Below, piece after piece: positions 17,324 through 30,435 of a stretch of DNA of 35,950 bases; position 1 is the stretch's first letter; each line of letters starts with the position of its first letter. The notes beneath the pieces were generated by a model that did no database searches, was not told the origin of the DNA, and saw only the letters and a list, made by a program, of their open reading frames with translations. A program made the position numbers and the translations under genes. The stretch comes from an uncultured Steroidobacteraceae bacterium (lineage in GTDB: Bacteria > Pseudomonadota > Gammaproteobacteria > Steroidobacterales > Steroidobacteraceae): NCBI GenBank assembly GCA_964422045.1, contig CAYRAC010000001.1:1-35950 (forward strand), given 5' to 3'.

Positions 17324-18475
17324 ATGCCTCGCCGCTCCGTCGCGATCCCGAGCATCAAGATTGCCGCCGCCGCAGCGATTGCGGTGTCGAGCGCCTCCTG
17401 CGCACAGCGCGCGCCTCCGGCGGCGGCGATTGTCGATGTCACCACCGTCACGGTCACGCCGCACCCGGTGACATTTTCCGAGGACTACGTTGCGCAGACC
17501 GAAGCCGTGAACGCGGTCGAGATCCGGCCGCGGGTCGGCGGCATGCTGGAGAAGCGGGTGCCGGTCGAGGGCGAGCCCGTCAAAACAGGTCAGCTGCTGT
17601 TCGTGATCGATCGCGAACCCTATATTGCCGCTTTGGCCCAGGCCCAGGCGACCCTGGCGCAGAGCCAAGCCGCCTCGCTGCAATCGCAGCGCGACTTAGG
17701 CCGCGCCAAGTCGCTCTCCGAGATCGATGCCGTGAGCCAGCAGGAACTCGACGCGGCGGTGGCGAAGAACCAAGCCAACCTGGCGTCGATCGACGCCGCC
17801 AAGGCTGCCGTCAGGACTGCGGAGCTCAACTTGGGCTATACCACCATCTTGAGCCCGATCGACGGGGTCATGGGGCGCGCGCAATTGCGCCAGGGCGGCA
17901 TGGTCACCGCCAATAACACGCTGCTGACGACGATCTACCAAATCGACCGCATGTACGTCAATTTCAGCGTCAGCGAGCGGCGCCTGCTCAGCCTGCAGCG
18001 CCAGCTCGGCGGCACTATGGATCAGAAATCGCGGACGACACCGCCGTTTCGCATTTTTTTGGCGGATGGTTCCGAGTATCCGCAGAAACCGCGGCTCGAC
18101 TTCATCGATCCGGCGGTCGATTCGCGCACCGGCACCCTCGCCCTGCGTCTGGAGGTCGACAACCCGCATCAGCTGTTGCACGCGGGTGAATTCGCGCGCG
18201 TACAGCTCGCGGCACAGCAGGATCCGAACGGGATCCTGGTGCCGCAGCGCGCCGTGCAGGACCTACAAGGCAAGAACTACGTCTGGATCGTCGACGCCGC
18301 CGGCCGCGCGCAACAGCGCGATGTGCAATTGGGCCCGCGCATCGGCCCCGACTGGCAGGTGCAGCAGGGATTGAAGGCCGGAGATGTCGTGATCGTCGAT
18401 GGGTTGCAGCACTTGAAGCCGGCCGCGCCGGTGAAGGCCACTGCATTGGCGGTTCCGGCTCCGAGCGAGGCATGA
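17324..18475 (+). CDS. RND efflux periplasmic adaptor (membrane fusion protein) lipoprotein
   Basis: It has a lipobox-like VSSASC signal, followed by [36 protein letters not shown] and [15 protein letters not shown]. The stop overlaps the pump ATG (ATGA at 18472-18475). Confidence 0.9.
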   Translation: MPRRSVAIPSIKIAAAAAIAVSSASCAQRAPPAAAIVDVTTVTVTPHPVTFSEDYVAQTEAVNAVEIRPRVGGMLEKRVPVEGEPVKTGQLLFVIDREPYIAALAQAQATLAQSQAASLQSQRDLGRAKSLSEIDAVSQQELDAAVAKNQANLASIDAAKAAVRTAELNLGYTTILSPIDGVMGRAQLRQGGMVTANNTLLTTIYQIDRMYVNFSVSERRLLSLQRQLGGTMDQKSRTTPPFRIFLADGSEYPQKPRLDFIDPAVDSRTGTLALRLEVDNPHQLLHAGEFARVQLAAQQDPNGILVPQRAVQDLQGKNYVWIVDAAGRAQQRDVQLGPRIGPDWQVQQGLKAGDVVIVDGLQHLKPAAPVKATALAVPAPSEA

Positions 18476-21400
18476 TCGACTACTTCATCGATCATCCGAT
18501 CTTCTCGACGGTCCTCGCGACCATCATCACGATCGCCGGGGCCGTGTCGCTCTCGGGTCTGCCGGTCGCCCGTTTCCCGCAGATCACTCCGCCCACCATC
18601 GTGGTTTCGACGAGTTTTCCGGGCGCCGATGCCGGCACGATCGAGCAGTCGATCGCCGCGCCGATCGAACAACAGGTCAACGGCGTGCCGCACATGATCT
18701 ACATGGACTCGAAGAGCGCCAATGACGGCAGCTACAGCCTCACCGTGTCCTTCGATGTCGGCACCGCGCAGGACATTGCGGCGGTCGACGTGCAGAACCA
18801 GGTCGCGATCGCGCAGCGCCAGTTGCCGGCCCAGGTGCTGCAGCAGGGCATCACCGTCGCCAAGCGGCAACCGCAGATCCTGCTTACCGTGGCCATCGGA
18901 TCCGACGATCCGCGCTACGACTATTTGTTCCTGTCCAATTTCGCGACGCTGCACGTGTACGACGCGCTGGCGCGGGTGCGCGGAGTCGGCCAGGTACTGG
19001 TATTCGGCGCGCGCGACTACGGCATGCGCATCTGGCTCGACCCGGCCAAGATGGCGCGCCTCGGCGTGACCACCGACGATGTCACGGGCATCATCAATGA
19101 ACAGAATGTGGTCGCGCCGGCCGGCACGATTGGCGCCGAGCCGGCGCCCGCGGGCCAGCAGATGCAGTACGTCGCCGCGGTGAAAGGCCGCCTATCGACA
19201 CCCGAGGAGTACGCGGCGATCGTGGTGCGCACGGGTCCCGACGGCGCGGTCGTGCATCTTCAAGATATCGCACGGGTGGAATTGGCCGCCACCGATTATT
19301 CGCGCTCCACCAAGTTGAATGGCGTGCCCACCGCGATCATCGGCATCTATCAATTGCCGGACGCTAACGCCCTCGATGTGGCGCACGGCGTGCGTCAGGC
19401 CATGGACGCGTTGGTCCCGACTTTTCCCAAGGGCATCCACTACTCCATTCCCTTCGATACCACGCTGTTCGTATCCGAGTCCGTGCACGAAGTCGTCGTG
19501 ACCCTGGCCGGAGCGGGCCTGTTGGTGCTGCTGGTCGTGTTCATTTTCTTGGAAAGCTGGCGCGCGACGCTGATCCCGATGGTCGCGGTGCCGGTGTCGC
19601 TGATCGGAGCCTTCAGCGCGTTCGTGGCGCTCGGTTTCTCGCTCAACACCCTGACCCTGTTTGCCTTGGTGCTCGCCATTGGACTGGTCGTGGATGATGC
19701 CATCGTGGTGGTCGAAGCGGTCACGGAGATCATGGACAGCCGCAAACTCGCCGCCCGCGAGGCAACCAAGGCGGCCATGAAGGAGGTTGCGGGTCCGGTG
19801 GTCGCGATCGCGCTGGTGCTGATCTCGGTATTCGTGCCGGTGTCATTCCTGGGCGGCCTGACCGGCCAGTTCTACCGGCAATTCGCGCTCACCCTCGCGG
19901 TGTCGGTGACAATCTCGCTCATCGTCGCGCTCACGCTGACACCGGCGCTTTGCGCCTTGCTGCTCAAACCCACCGATCAATCGCATTTTGGCGGCCTGCT
20001 CGGCCGCGCTTTCGGCGCATTCGACCGTACGTTCAAACGCTTGACGGTGCGCTACACGGACTCGGTGCGCAAGCGCATCCGCCGCGCGCTGCAGTCGATG
20101 CTGGTGTTCCTCGTCTTGAGCCTGGCGGCTTTCTGGCTGGTCTACAGCCGACCCACGGGCTTCATGCCCGATGAGGACCAAGGCTACCTCATGGGACTCG
20201 TGACCTTGCCGCTCGGCGCCTCGCTACAGCGCACGGAGGCGGTGGCGGACGCCTTCGGCAGGCAAATGCGCGCACAGCCGGAAGTCCAAGATACCTTTGC
20301 CATCACCGGACTCAATATCCTGACCGGGACGAATTCGCCGTATGCCGCCACCGTGTTCGCGGAATTGAAGCCCTGGTCGAAGCGCGACGATGCGCAGCAT
20401 GGCGCGCCGGCGCTCGCCGCGCGGCTCAATCGGCTGGGGGCCGCCGTCAAGGAAGCGAACGTTCTGGTGTTCAATCCGCCGCCCATCCCGGGGATCGGGA
20501 CCGCAGGCGGCTTCGAGTTCGTTCTCGAGGACCGAAGCGGCGGCGACATCCAAAAATTCGCCGGCGTGCTCGGCGATTTCCTGGCCCAAGCCAACAAGCG
20601 CCCGGAGCTCGCGCGCGTGTTCACCCAGTTCAACACGCGCACGCCGCAAATCGAGTTCGCGCTCGACCGCGAGCGCGCCAAGACGCTGGGCGTGTCGATC
20701 TCGAGCATCTTTGCGAGTCTGCAGACCTTCCTCGGCGGCACCTACATCAACGACTTCAACCTGTTCGGCCGCACCTACAAAGTGACCGCGCAGGCGCAGG
20801 CCGAGGCGCGCGCCGTGCCCGACGCGGTCAACAGTCTCTACGTGCGCACCGCGCAGGGCGACATGGTGCCGCTGTCGACGCTGGTCTCGATCAAGCCCAA
20901 GCTCGGCCCGGAATTCATCGAGCGCTTCGACGTGTTCCGCGCCGTCACGATCATCGGCTCGCCCGCCCCCGGTTACAGCTCGGGTCAAGCCACCCGCGCA
21001 ATGGAGGAACTCGCGCAGGATTTGCCAAGCGGCTACGGCTTTGACTGGACCGGCACCACCTACCAGGAGAAGATCTCGAGCGGCCAGAGCGGCGCCATTT
21101 TCGGCATGGCCATCGTCTTCGTGTTCCTGGTGTTGGCTGCATTGTACGAAAGTTGGGCCGTGCCCTTCGCGGTGCTGCTGTGCATTCCTTTCGCCGTGTT
21201 GGGTGCCTACGGCGGGCTCGCCATGCGCAGCATGCAAAACGATATCTATGCGCAAATCGGCCTCGTCATGCTGATCGGTCTCGCGGCCAAGAACGCCATC
21301 CTGATCGTCGAGTTCGCCAAACTCGAGTACGAGCGCGGCAAACCCTTGGTGGAGGCAGCCATCGCGGGTGCGCGCTTGCGCTTGCGCCCCATTCTCATGA

Positions 21401-21615
21401 CCTCCTTCGCTTTCATCTTCGGTTCCTTGCCGCTCGCGATTGCCACAGGGGCCGGCGCCTCGGCGCGCCGCGTGCTCGGTACGGCCGTGGTATTCGGCAT
21501 GAGCGTCGCCACCCTCGTCGGCATTTTCCTGATTCCGGTCTTCTATGTGCTCATGCAGCGGCTCGCCGAACGGCTGGGACGCCTGTGGAAACCGGCAGCG
21601 GCAGCGCCGCCATGA
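18472..21615 (+). CDS. RND multidrug efflux permease (HAE1, AcrB/MexB-like)
   Basis: The product is 1047 aa and begins [43 protein letters not shown]. It has the typical two large periplasmic loops and 12 TM helices, with [12 protein letters not shown] and [14 protein letters not shown]. Confidence 0.95.
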   Translation: MIDYFIDHPIFSTVLATIITIAGAVSLSGLPVARFPQITPPTIVVSTSFPGADAGTIEQSIAAPIEQQVNGVPHMIYMDSKSANDGSYSLTVSFDVGTAQDIAAVDVQNQVAIAQRQLPAQVLQQGITVAKRQPQILLTVAIGSDDPRYDYLFLSNFATLHVYDALARVRGVGQVLVFGARDYGMRIWLDPAKMARLGVTTDDVTGIINEQNVVAPAGTIGAEPAPAGQQMQYVAAVKGRLSTPEEYAAIVVRTGPDGAVVHLQDIARVELAATDYSRSTKLNGVPTAIIGIYQLPDANALDVAHGVRQAMDALVPTFPKGIHYSIPFDTTLFVSESVHEVVVTLAGAGLLVLLVVFIFLESWRATLIPMVAVPVSLIGAFSAFVALGFSLNTLTLFALVLAIGLVVDDAIVVVEAVTEIMDSRKLAAREATKAAMKEVAGPVVAIALVLISVFVPVSFLGGLTGQFYRQFALTLAVSVTISLIVALTLTPALCALLLKPTDQSHFGGLLGRAFGAFDRTFKRLTVRYTDSVRKRIRRALQSMLVFLVLSLAAFWLVYSRPTGFMPDEDQGYLMGLVTLPLGASLQRTEAVADAFGRQMRAQPEVQDTFAITGLNILTGTNSPYAATVFAELKPWSKRDDAQHGAPALAARLNRLGAAVKEANVLVFNPPPIPGIGTAGGFEFVLEDRSGGDIQKFAGVLGDFLAQANKRPELARVFTQFNTRTPQIEFALDRERAKTLGVSISSIFASLQTFLGGTYINDFNLFGRTYKVTAQAQAEARAVPDAVNSLYVRTAQGDMVPLSTLVSIKPKLGPEFIERFDVFRAVTIIGSPAPGYSSGQATRAMEELAQDLPSGYGFDWTGTTYQEKISSGQSGAIFGMAIVFVFLVLAALYESWAVPFAVLLCIPFAVLGAYGGLAMRSMQNDIYAQIGLVMLIGLAAKNAILIVEFAKLEYERGKPLVEAAIAGARLRLRPILMTSFAFIFGSLPLAIATGAGASARRVLGTAVVFGMSVATLVGIFLIPVFYVLMQRLAERLGRLWKPAAAAPP

Positions 21616-23033
21616 GGACGCGGGTAACGCCCGCGGTGCTCGCCGCGGCCCTTGGGGCGCTCCTCGGCGGCGGCTGTGCACTCGGTCCGGACTATCGGCG
21701 CCCCGCCACCAGCGCGCCGGCCGCGTATCGCTTCGAGCGCGATGCGACGGCGGATTCAGTGGACGATGCCGGCTGGTGGCGCGTGTATCAGGACCCGGTA
21801 CTGCAGTCTCTGATTCGCGATGCGCTCGCCGACAATTTCGACGTGCGGATCGCGGCGGCGCGCGTTGATCAGGCACGCGCCGCACTGGGGTCGGCCCATT
21901 TGCAGCAGTTGCCCCAGGCAGCGATCAACGCCGCCGCCGAGCGGCAGCGCACCTCGATCTATGAATTGCCGCCCGGCATTCCGGCGGTTAGCAATATATT
22001 CTCGCTCGAAGGGAACCTCTCTTACGAGGTCGATTTCTGGGGCAAGTATCGCCGCGCCACCGAAGCGGCACGGGCTGAGTTGCTGCAATCCACCTACGCC
22101 AAACAGGACGTGACGGCGGCGCTGGTCGCCGGCGTCGCCACCGCGTATTTCACGCTGCAGGCGCTCGACGAACAACTCGCCATCACGCAGCGCACGGTCG
22201 GCACGCGGCAGAAGTTCGTCGACTTGACCCAGGCCCAGCACGATCGCGGTACCGTGTCCGAATTGGATGTGGCGACTGCGCAGGCGCAGCTGGCGGTCGC
22301 CAAGGCCAACGTGCCGGACTTACTGCGCCGGATTGGTCAAACGGAAGACCAATTGAGCGTGCTTCTCGGACACAATCCCGAGAGGATCGTGCGCAGCGCC
22401 GATCGGGCGCTGCCGCCGACCCCGGCGCCAGGGCTGCCCTCGAGCTTGCTCGAGCGCCGTCCGGACTTGCGTGAGGCAGAGCAGAATCTGGTGTCGGCGA
22501 ACGCGCAGGTTGGCGTCGCCAAGGCGAATTTGTTTCCGAACATCACGCTCACCGCACTCGACGGCGGTGTCAGCACCGCCCTGTCGTCGCTGTTCAGCGG
22601 TCCCGCGCGCACCTGGTCGATGGCGGGCGGCCTCGTTCAGCCGCTGCTCAATCCGCAGTCCAATCTCTATCAATTGGAACTTGCCAATGCGCAAAAGCGC
22701 CAGGCACTGCTGCAGTACCAAAAGAGCGTGCAGACTGCATTTCAAGAAGTCTCGGACGCCTTGATTGCACGGCAGCAGGATGCCGACGTGCAAGCTGCGC
22801 AGGAGGCCCAGGTCGATGCGCAACGACGCGCCAATACCATTGCGCTGGCGCGCTACCGCGTCGGTTATGCCTCCTATTTCAATGTCATCGACGCCGACCG
22901 CGATCTCTTCACCGCGGAATTGTCGCTCTCCGAAGCGCGCTTGAGTACGCTGTTGTCGGTCGTGCAACTTTACCGCGCCCTCGGCGGCGGTTGGCAGGCC
23001 GAGCCCGCCTCGAGCGGCGCGCACTCGCCCTAG
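21612..23033 (+). CDS. RND efflux outer-membrane factor lipoprotein (NodT family)
   Basis: The ATG at 21612 overlaps the pump stop (ATGA). It has the lipobox LLGGGC followed by ALGPDYRRP, and the C-terminus is LYRALGGGW. The tracked ORF from 21153 is over-extended. Confidence 0.9.
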   Translation: MRTRVTPAVLAAALGALLGGGCALGPDYRRPATSAPAAYRFERDATADSVDDAGWWRVYQDPVLQSLIRDALADNFDVRIAAARVDQARAALGSAHLQQLPQAAINAAAERQRTSIYELPPGIPAVSNIFSLEGNLSYEVDFWGKYRRATEAARAELLQSTYAKQDVTAALVAGVATAYFTLQALDEQLAITQRTVGTRQKFVDLTQAQHDRGTVSELDVATAQAQLAVAKANVPDLLRRIGQTEDQLSVLLGHNPERIVRSADRALPPTPAPGLPSSLLERRPDLREAEQNLVSANAQVGVAKANLFPNITLTALDGGVSTALSSLFSGPARTWSMAGGLVQPLLNPQSNLYQLELANAQKRQALLQYQKSVQTAFQEVSDALIARQQDADVQAAQEAQVDAQRRANTIALARYRVGYASYFNVIDADRDLFTAELSLSEARLSTLLSVVQLYRALGGGWQAEPASSGAHSP

Positions 23034-23347
23034 CGGCGCCCGATCTTGGCCACCGGAACCGTGACCTCGCCGTCAGTCGATTTCCCGGATTTGGGTTCAC
23101 TGCCGCAATCATCGCAGCCGCCGCAGGCGCCGGCGGCCTTGCCGGACGCCGCGGCGGCAAGCCGTTCGGCCAGCCGAACGGCGCTGCGCCGCAAGCCCAG
23201 GAATGCCGGTGTACGCGCGGCAATCCAGCGCAATGCAGTCAGCAATCCGCGGCGCAGCCCGCGCGGACCGAGCGTGAGCACGGCGTATCCGGCGCTCAAC
23301 AGAAGCGCGAGGCCCACCAGAGAATTGTCGACAACGCTGTTCACCAA
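23030..23347 (-). CDS. Small membrane protein with C-terminal CxxCxxC motif, FeoB-associated (hypothetical)
   Basis: It has an N-terminal TM helix (LVGLALLLSAGYAVLTL), an Arg-rich linker and ACGGCDDCG. An AAGGA SD overlaps the feoB stop, 5 nt before TTG 23347 and 8 nt before GTG 23344. The architecture resembles FeoB-associated Cys-rich membrane proteins. Confidence 0.55.
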   Translation of the reverse strand: MVNSVVDNSLVGLALLLSAGYAVLTLGPRGLRRGLLTALRWIAARTPAFLGLRRSAVRLAERLAAAASGKAAGACGGCDDCGSEPKSGKSTDGEVTVPVAKIGRR

Positions 23348-23356
23348 AGGGGTCCT

Positions 23357-25246
23357 TCAGCTGAGCGCCAGCGCAATGCGATAGGTGATGAACGAGCCGA
23401 GATAGGCCAGCGCAAACATATAGCCCGCCATGATAATCGGGTAGCGCCAAGAATTCGTTTCGCGCTTCACCGTCGCGAGGGTCGACAGGCACTGCGGCGC
23501 GAATACATACCACGCGAGCAGCGACAGCGCCGTCGGCAGACTCCATGACTGCGCGATCAGCGGCATCAATGCACCGCTAACGTCATTGCCGGTCGCCGAC
23601 AGTGCGTACACCGTGCCGAGCGCGCCGACCGCGACTTCGCGTGCCGCGAGGCCCGGCACGAGCGCGATCGATATCTGCCAATTGAAACCGATGGGCGCGA
23701 AAATCACCGCCAGCCACGCGCCGATGTGGCCGGCAATGCTGTATTGGATGGGCGGACCCAGCGCGCCGGGCGGCGGCGCCGGGAATGAACTCAACGCCCA
23801 CAGGATCACCATCAATGCCAGGATGATGGTACCGACGCGGCTCATGAATATTTCCACGCGCTGCCACAGGCCAATGCCGAGATTGCGCAAATTGGGCCAA
23901 TGGTAGGCCGGCAACTCGAGCATCAGCGCTTGAAAGCCCGAGGAGGCGCCGCTGCGCTTGAGAACGAAGGCCACCGCCATGGCGCCCGCCACGCCGATGA
24001 CGTACAGCACGAACAGCACCACACCCTGTAACTCGAGGCCACCCCACAGACTGCGATGCGGGATGAAGGCGCCGATGATCAGTGCGTACACGGGCAGCCG
24101 GGCGGAACACGTCATCAGCGGTGCGATCATGATCGTCGCCAACCGATCGCGGGGATTTTGAATGGTGCGGGTTGCCATGATCCCGGGAATTGCGCACGCG
24201 AAACTCGACAGCAACGGGATGAAGGCGCGGCCTGACAGCCCGACGCTGCCCATCACCCGGTCGAGGAGAAATGCGGCGCGCGGCAGATAGCCCGAATCTT
24301 CCAGCAGCAGGATGAAAAAGAACAGGATGATGATCTGCGGCAAGAACACCAGCACGCTGCCCACCCCGGCGAGCACGCCGTTGATCAACAGGTTTTTCAA
24401 TAGGCTGGCGGGCAGTGCCGCCCCGAGCCAATCGCCGAAGCCGGCGACCCCGGATTTGATGGCGTCCATCGGCACCTGGGCCCAGGCAAACACCGCCTGG
24501 AAAACCAGGAACAAGATGAGCGCGAGAATCAGCGGCCCGAGCACCGGATGCAGCACCACGGCGTCGACCCGGTCGCTGACCGTCACGCCGTCGAGTCGAT
24601 CGCCGCCCACGAGACCCAAGATTCGGCGCACTTCGGATTGATCGTGCGCGATATCGGCCGCGTTCGGCGTTCGCCACACGGGGCGGGCGCAGGCGTCCGA
24701 GTGCGGCCCGCGCACCGGAACATTCAGCTGGTCGAGCACACGCACGAGCGCCCGGACGCCGCTTGTTTTGATTCCGATGGTCTCGACCACCGGCACGCCC
24801 AATTCGGCGGCGAGCCTTTCGGCATCGATCGCAATGCCCTTGCGGCGCGCGATGTCGCTCATGTTGAGCGCGACCACCATGGGCAAGCCCAGCCGTTTCA
24901 GGCTCAACACCAGGCGCAGGTTTTGGCGCAGGTTGGTGGCATCGGTGACGCACACCACGAAGTCAGGCTGAGACTCGCCCGCGCGGCGGCCGAGCAGAAC
25001 ATCGGCGGTCACCTGTTCGTCGGGCGTCAGGGGATCGAGGCTGTAGGCCCCCGGCAAGTCCAAAATGCGCACGCGCCGCCCCGATGGGGTGAGCAGCGAC
25101 CCTTCCTTGCGCTCCACGGTGACGCCGGCGTAATTGGCGACCTTTTGACGGCTGCCGGTGAGAATGTTGAATAGCGCGGTTTTACCGCAGTTGGGGTTTC
25201 CAACCAGGGCGATCAGAGGACTCGGAGCGCTAGGCACAGCCTCCAT
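23357..25246 (-). CDS. feoB: Ferrous iron transporter FeoB
   Basis: The G-domain has GNPNCGKTALFN (G1), DLPG and NMSD, followed by a polytopic permease. I set the start at ATG 25246, 4 nt after the feoA stop. The tracked 706-aa ORF is over-extended. Confidence 0.95.
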   Translation of the reverse strand: MEAVPSAPSPLIALVGNPNCGKTALFNILTGSRQKVANYAGVTVERKEGSLLTPSGRRVRILDLPGAYSLDPLTPDEQVTADVLLGRRAGESQPDFVVCVTDATNLRQNLRLVLSLKRLGLPMVVALNMSDIARRKGIAIDAERLAAELGVPVVETIGIKTSGVRALVRVLDQLNVPVRGPHSDACARPVWRTPNAADIAHDQSEVRRILGLVGGDRLDGVTVSDRVDAVVLHPVLGPLILALILFLVFQAVFAWAQVPMDAIKSGVAGFGDWLGAALPASLLKNLLINGVLAGVGSVLVFLPQIIILFFFILLLEDSGYLPRAAFLLDRVMGSVGLSGRAFIPLLSSFACAIPGIMATRTIQNPRDRLATIMIAPLMTCSARLPVYALIIGAFIPHRSLWGGLELQGVVLFVLYVIGVAGAMAVAFVLKRSGASSGFQALMLELPAYHWPNLRNLGIGLWQRVEIFMSRVGTIILALMVILWALSSFPAPPPGALGPPIQYSIAGHIGAWLAVIFAPIGFNWQISIALVPGLAAREVAVGALGTVYALSATGNDVSGALMPLIAQSWSLPTALSLLAWYVFAPQCLSTLATVKRETNSWRYPIIMAGYMFALAYLGSFITYRIALALS

Positions 25247-25250
25247 GGAG

Positions 25251-25550
25251 TCACGCGGGTTGCGGCTGCTCCGGACAAACGCGGATACAGGCGGCTTCGA
25301 ACAATCGCAACGCGAACGTGCCGGTACCGATCCGCACCGCAATCGGCGCTCTTGCCAGTAGTCCCTTGGCCACGATGCGCACCGCTTCACCGGGTAAGAA
25401 ACCCAATTCAGCCAAGCGCCGCCCCAAATCCACCGGTGCCGATGCATCGGCGGCCGTGACCGCGACCACTCGGGCACTTTTCCCGATCCCTAACTCCGTC
25501 AACCGGATGCCGGCATCGGAAACCGCTACGCTGGGAGGAGAACTCGTCAT
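25251..25550 (-). CDS. feoA: FeoA (ferrous iron transport protein A)
   Basis: The 99-aa product carries the FeoA SH3-like pattern LTELGIGKSARVVAV...RRLAELGFLPGEAVRIV...PIAVRIGTGTFALR and lies immediately upstream of feoB. Confidence 0.85.
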   Translation of the reverse strand: MTSSPPSVAVSDAGIRLTELGIGKSARVVAVTAADASAPVDLGRRLAELGFLPGEAVRIVAKGLLARAPIAVRIGTGTFALRLFEAACIRVCPEQPQPA

Positions 25551-25560
25551 GGATGCAATT

Positions 25561-25579
25561 CTACATGAGAATCGTTCCC
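25561..25579. promoter_or_regulatory. Fur-box-like site overlapping a candidate feoA promoter
   Basis: CTACATGAGAATCGTTCCC matches the 19-bp Fur consensus GATAATGATAATCATTATC at 11/19 by hand alignment, with a core ATGAGAATCGTT. On the minus strand a TAGAAT -10 hexamer (25563-25558) lies 7 nt upstream of the feoA ATG. Confidence 0.3.
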
Positions 25580-25674
25580 ATTACTAATAAGGAACGCTCT
25601 GCTGCACCGCAAAATTCAAGCGGCGCTACCGTTCCTGCTAATCTTGGAGCCCCTTCAGCCTCGGAGGCATTGAA

Positions 25675-26028
25675 ATGCCTACGCTTTTCGAGAAAATCAT
25701 TGCCGGCGAGCTGCCGGCCACCGTACTCTTTCGGGACGCCCGGGTGATCGCTTTTCAAGACATCCGGCCCGCAGCCCCGACGCACATATTGATCGTCCCG
25801 CACAAGCCCATCCCCACCGTGAATGACATCGCCGACGAGGATGAATCCCTGATCGGACACATGTTCATCGTGGCGCGGGACCTCGCGCGTCAACTGAAGA
25901 TCGCGGACTCAGGCTATCGCTTGATCGTCAATTGCAATGCGGACGGCGGCCAGGAGGTGTATCACTTGCACATGCACCTGCTCGGTGGGCGGCCGCTCGG
26001 CCCGATGATCTCTCGCCCATCAAAGTAA
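25675..26028 (+). CDS. HIT-family (histidine triad) nucleotide-binding protein
   Basis: Begins MPTLFEKIIAGELPA, continues AFQDIRPAAPTHILIVPHK, and has the HIT motif HLHMHLLGG. A GGAGG SD lies 7 nt upstream. Confidence 0.9.
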   Translation: MPTLFEKIIAGELPATVLFRDARVIAFQDIRPAAPTHILIVPHKPIPTVNDIADEDESLIGHMFIVARDLARQLKIADSGYRLIVNCNADGGQEVYHLHMHLLGGRPLGPMISRPSK

Positions 26029-26038
26029 AGGACCTCCG

Positions 26039-27139
26039 ATGAAGAAGAAAAAGGGCGTGGCGGTCAAACGCACCGCACCGCGGCCTGCCGCGAAGAGCAC
26101 TACCGCGAAGAGCACCGCCTCGAAGCGCACCACTCCGAAGCGCGCGGCGCAGGCGAAAACCGCACGGCAGTCGAGTCAGCGCGACAGTGCGCGCCGCGCC
26201 TTGTATCCGCCGCTCGAGCCCTTTCGCCACGGCTACCTGCGCGTCTCGGATGTGCATGAGATCTACTACGAAGAGTGCGGCAACCCGGCCGGCAAGCCGG
26301 CGGTGTTCCTGCACGGCGGTCCGGGCGCGGGATCCGATAAACGCGCGCGGCAATTCTTCGATCCACAGCACTACCGCATCGTGGTGTTCGATCAACGCGG
26401 CTGTGGCCGCAGCCGTCCGAGCGCGAGCCTGGTGGAGAATACGACCTGGCATCTGGTCGCCGACATCGAGCGCTTGCGCAAGCACCTCGGCATCGAGCGC
26501 TGGCTGGTGTTCGGCGGATCGTGGGGCAGCACCTTGGCGCTCGCTTATTCCGAAGCGCATCCCGAACGCGTCAGCGAAATCGTGCTGCGCGGCATATTCT
26601 TGCTGCGCTACGCGGAGATTCGCTGGTTCTATCAGCATGGCGCCTCGGAAATCTACCCCGATGCCTGGGAGCTTTACCGCGACGCGATCCCGCTCGACGA
26701 GCGCGACGACTTTTTGAGCGCCTACCACCAGCGCTTGGTCGGCAGCGATCAGCGCGCCGCATTGGCGGCGGCCCGTGCCTGGTCGATATGGGAGGCGTCG
26801 ACGAGCTTTCTCTACAGCAACGGCGACAACATCAAGAAATGGGGCGAGGACCAGTTCGCCCTCGCCGTGGCCCGCATCGAATGCCACTACTTCGTGAATC
26901 GCGGCTTCTTGCGCAGCGAAGGTCAGTTGCTCGATGACGTGCCGCGCATCCGCCACATTCCCGCCACCATCGTTCAGGGACGCTACGACATCGTCTGCCC
27001 GGCGACCAGCGCCTGGGATCTGCACCGCGCGTGGCCGGAAGCGGACTTGCGCATCGTGCAGGACGCCGGGCACTCGGCATTCGAGCCCGGCAATGCGCAC
27101 GAACTCGTGCTCGCGACCGATCGGTACCGCAGCCGCTAA
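26039..27139 (+). CDS. pip: Prolyl aminopeptidase (proline iminopeptidase, S33) with about 54-aa Lys/Ala/Thr-rich N-terminal extension
   Basis: Contains LYPPLEPFRHGYLRVSDVHEIYYEECGNPAGKPAVFLHGGPGAG, the nucleophile elbow GGSWGSTLALAY and a C-terminal DAGHSAFEP. An AAGGA SD lies 6 nt before the ATG at 26039. Confidence 0.9.
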   Translation: MKKKKGVAVKRTAPRPAAKSTTAKSTASKRTTPKRAAQAKTARQSSQRDSARRALYPPLEPFRHGYLRVSDVHEIYYEECGNPAGKPAVFLHGGPGAGSDKRARQFFDPQHYRIVVFDQRGCGRSRPSASLVENTTWHLVADIERLRKHLGIERWLVFGGSWGSTLALAYSEAHPERVSEIVLRGIFLLRYAEIRWFYQHGASEIYPDAWELYRDAIPLDERDDFLSAYHQRLVGSDQRAALAAARAWSIWEASTSFLYSNGDNIKKWGEDQFALAVARIECHYFVNRGFLRSEGQLLDDVPRIRHIPATIVQGRYDIVCPATSAWDLHRAWPEADLRIVQDAGHSAFEPGNAHELVLATDRYRSR

Positions 27140-27160
27140 TCCCCTTTACCCGAGACCGAC

Positions 27161-30433
<3,273 letters not shown>

Positions 30434-30435
30434 AC

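Noticed and set aside
26090-26140. Short tandem DNA repeats (gcgaagagcac...) at the 5' end of pip, considered as a possible repeat or CRISPR-like element.
   Set aside because: There are only two or three imperfect copies. They are in frame and encode the AKST/KR-rich tail, with no spacer architecture.
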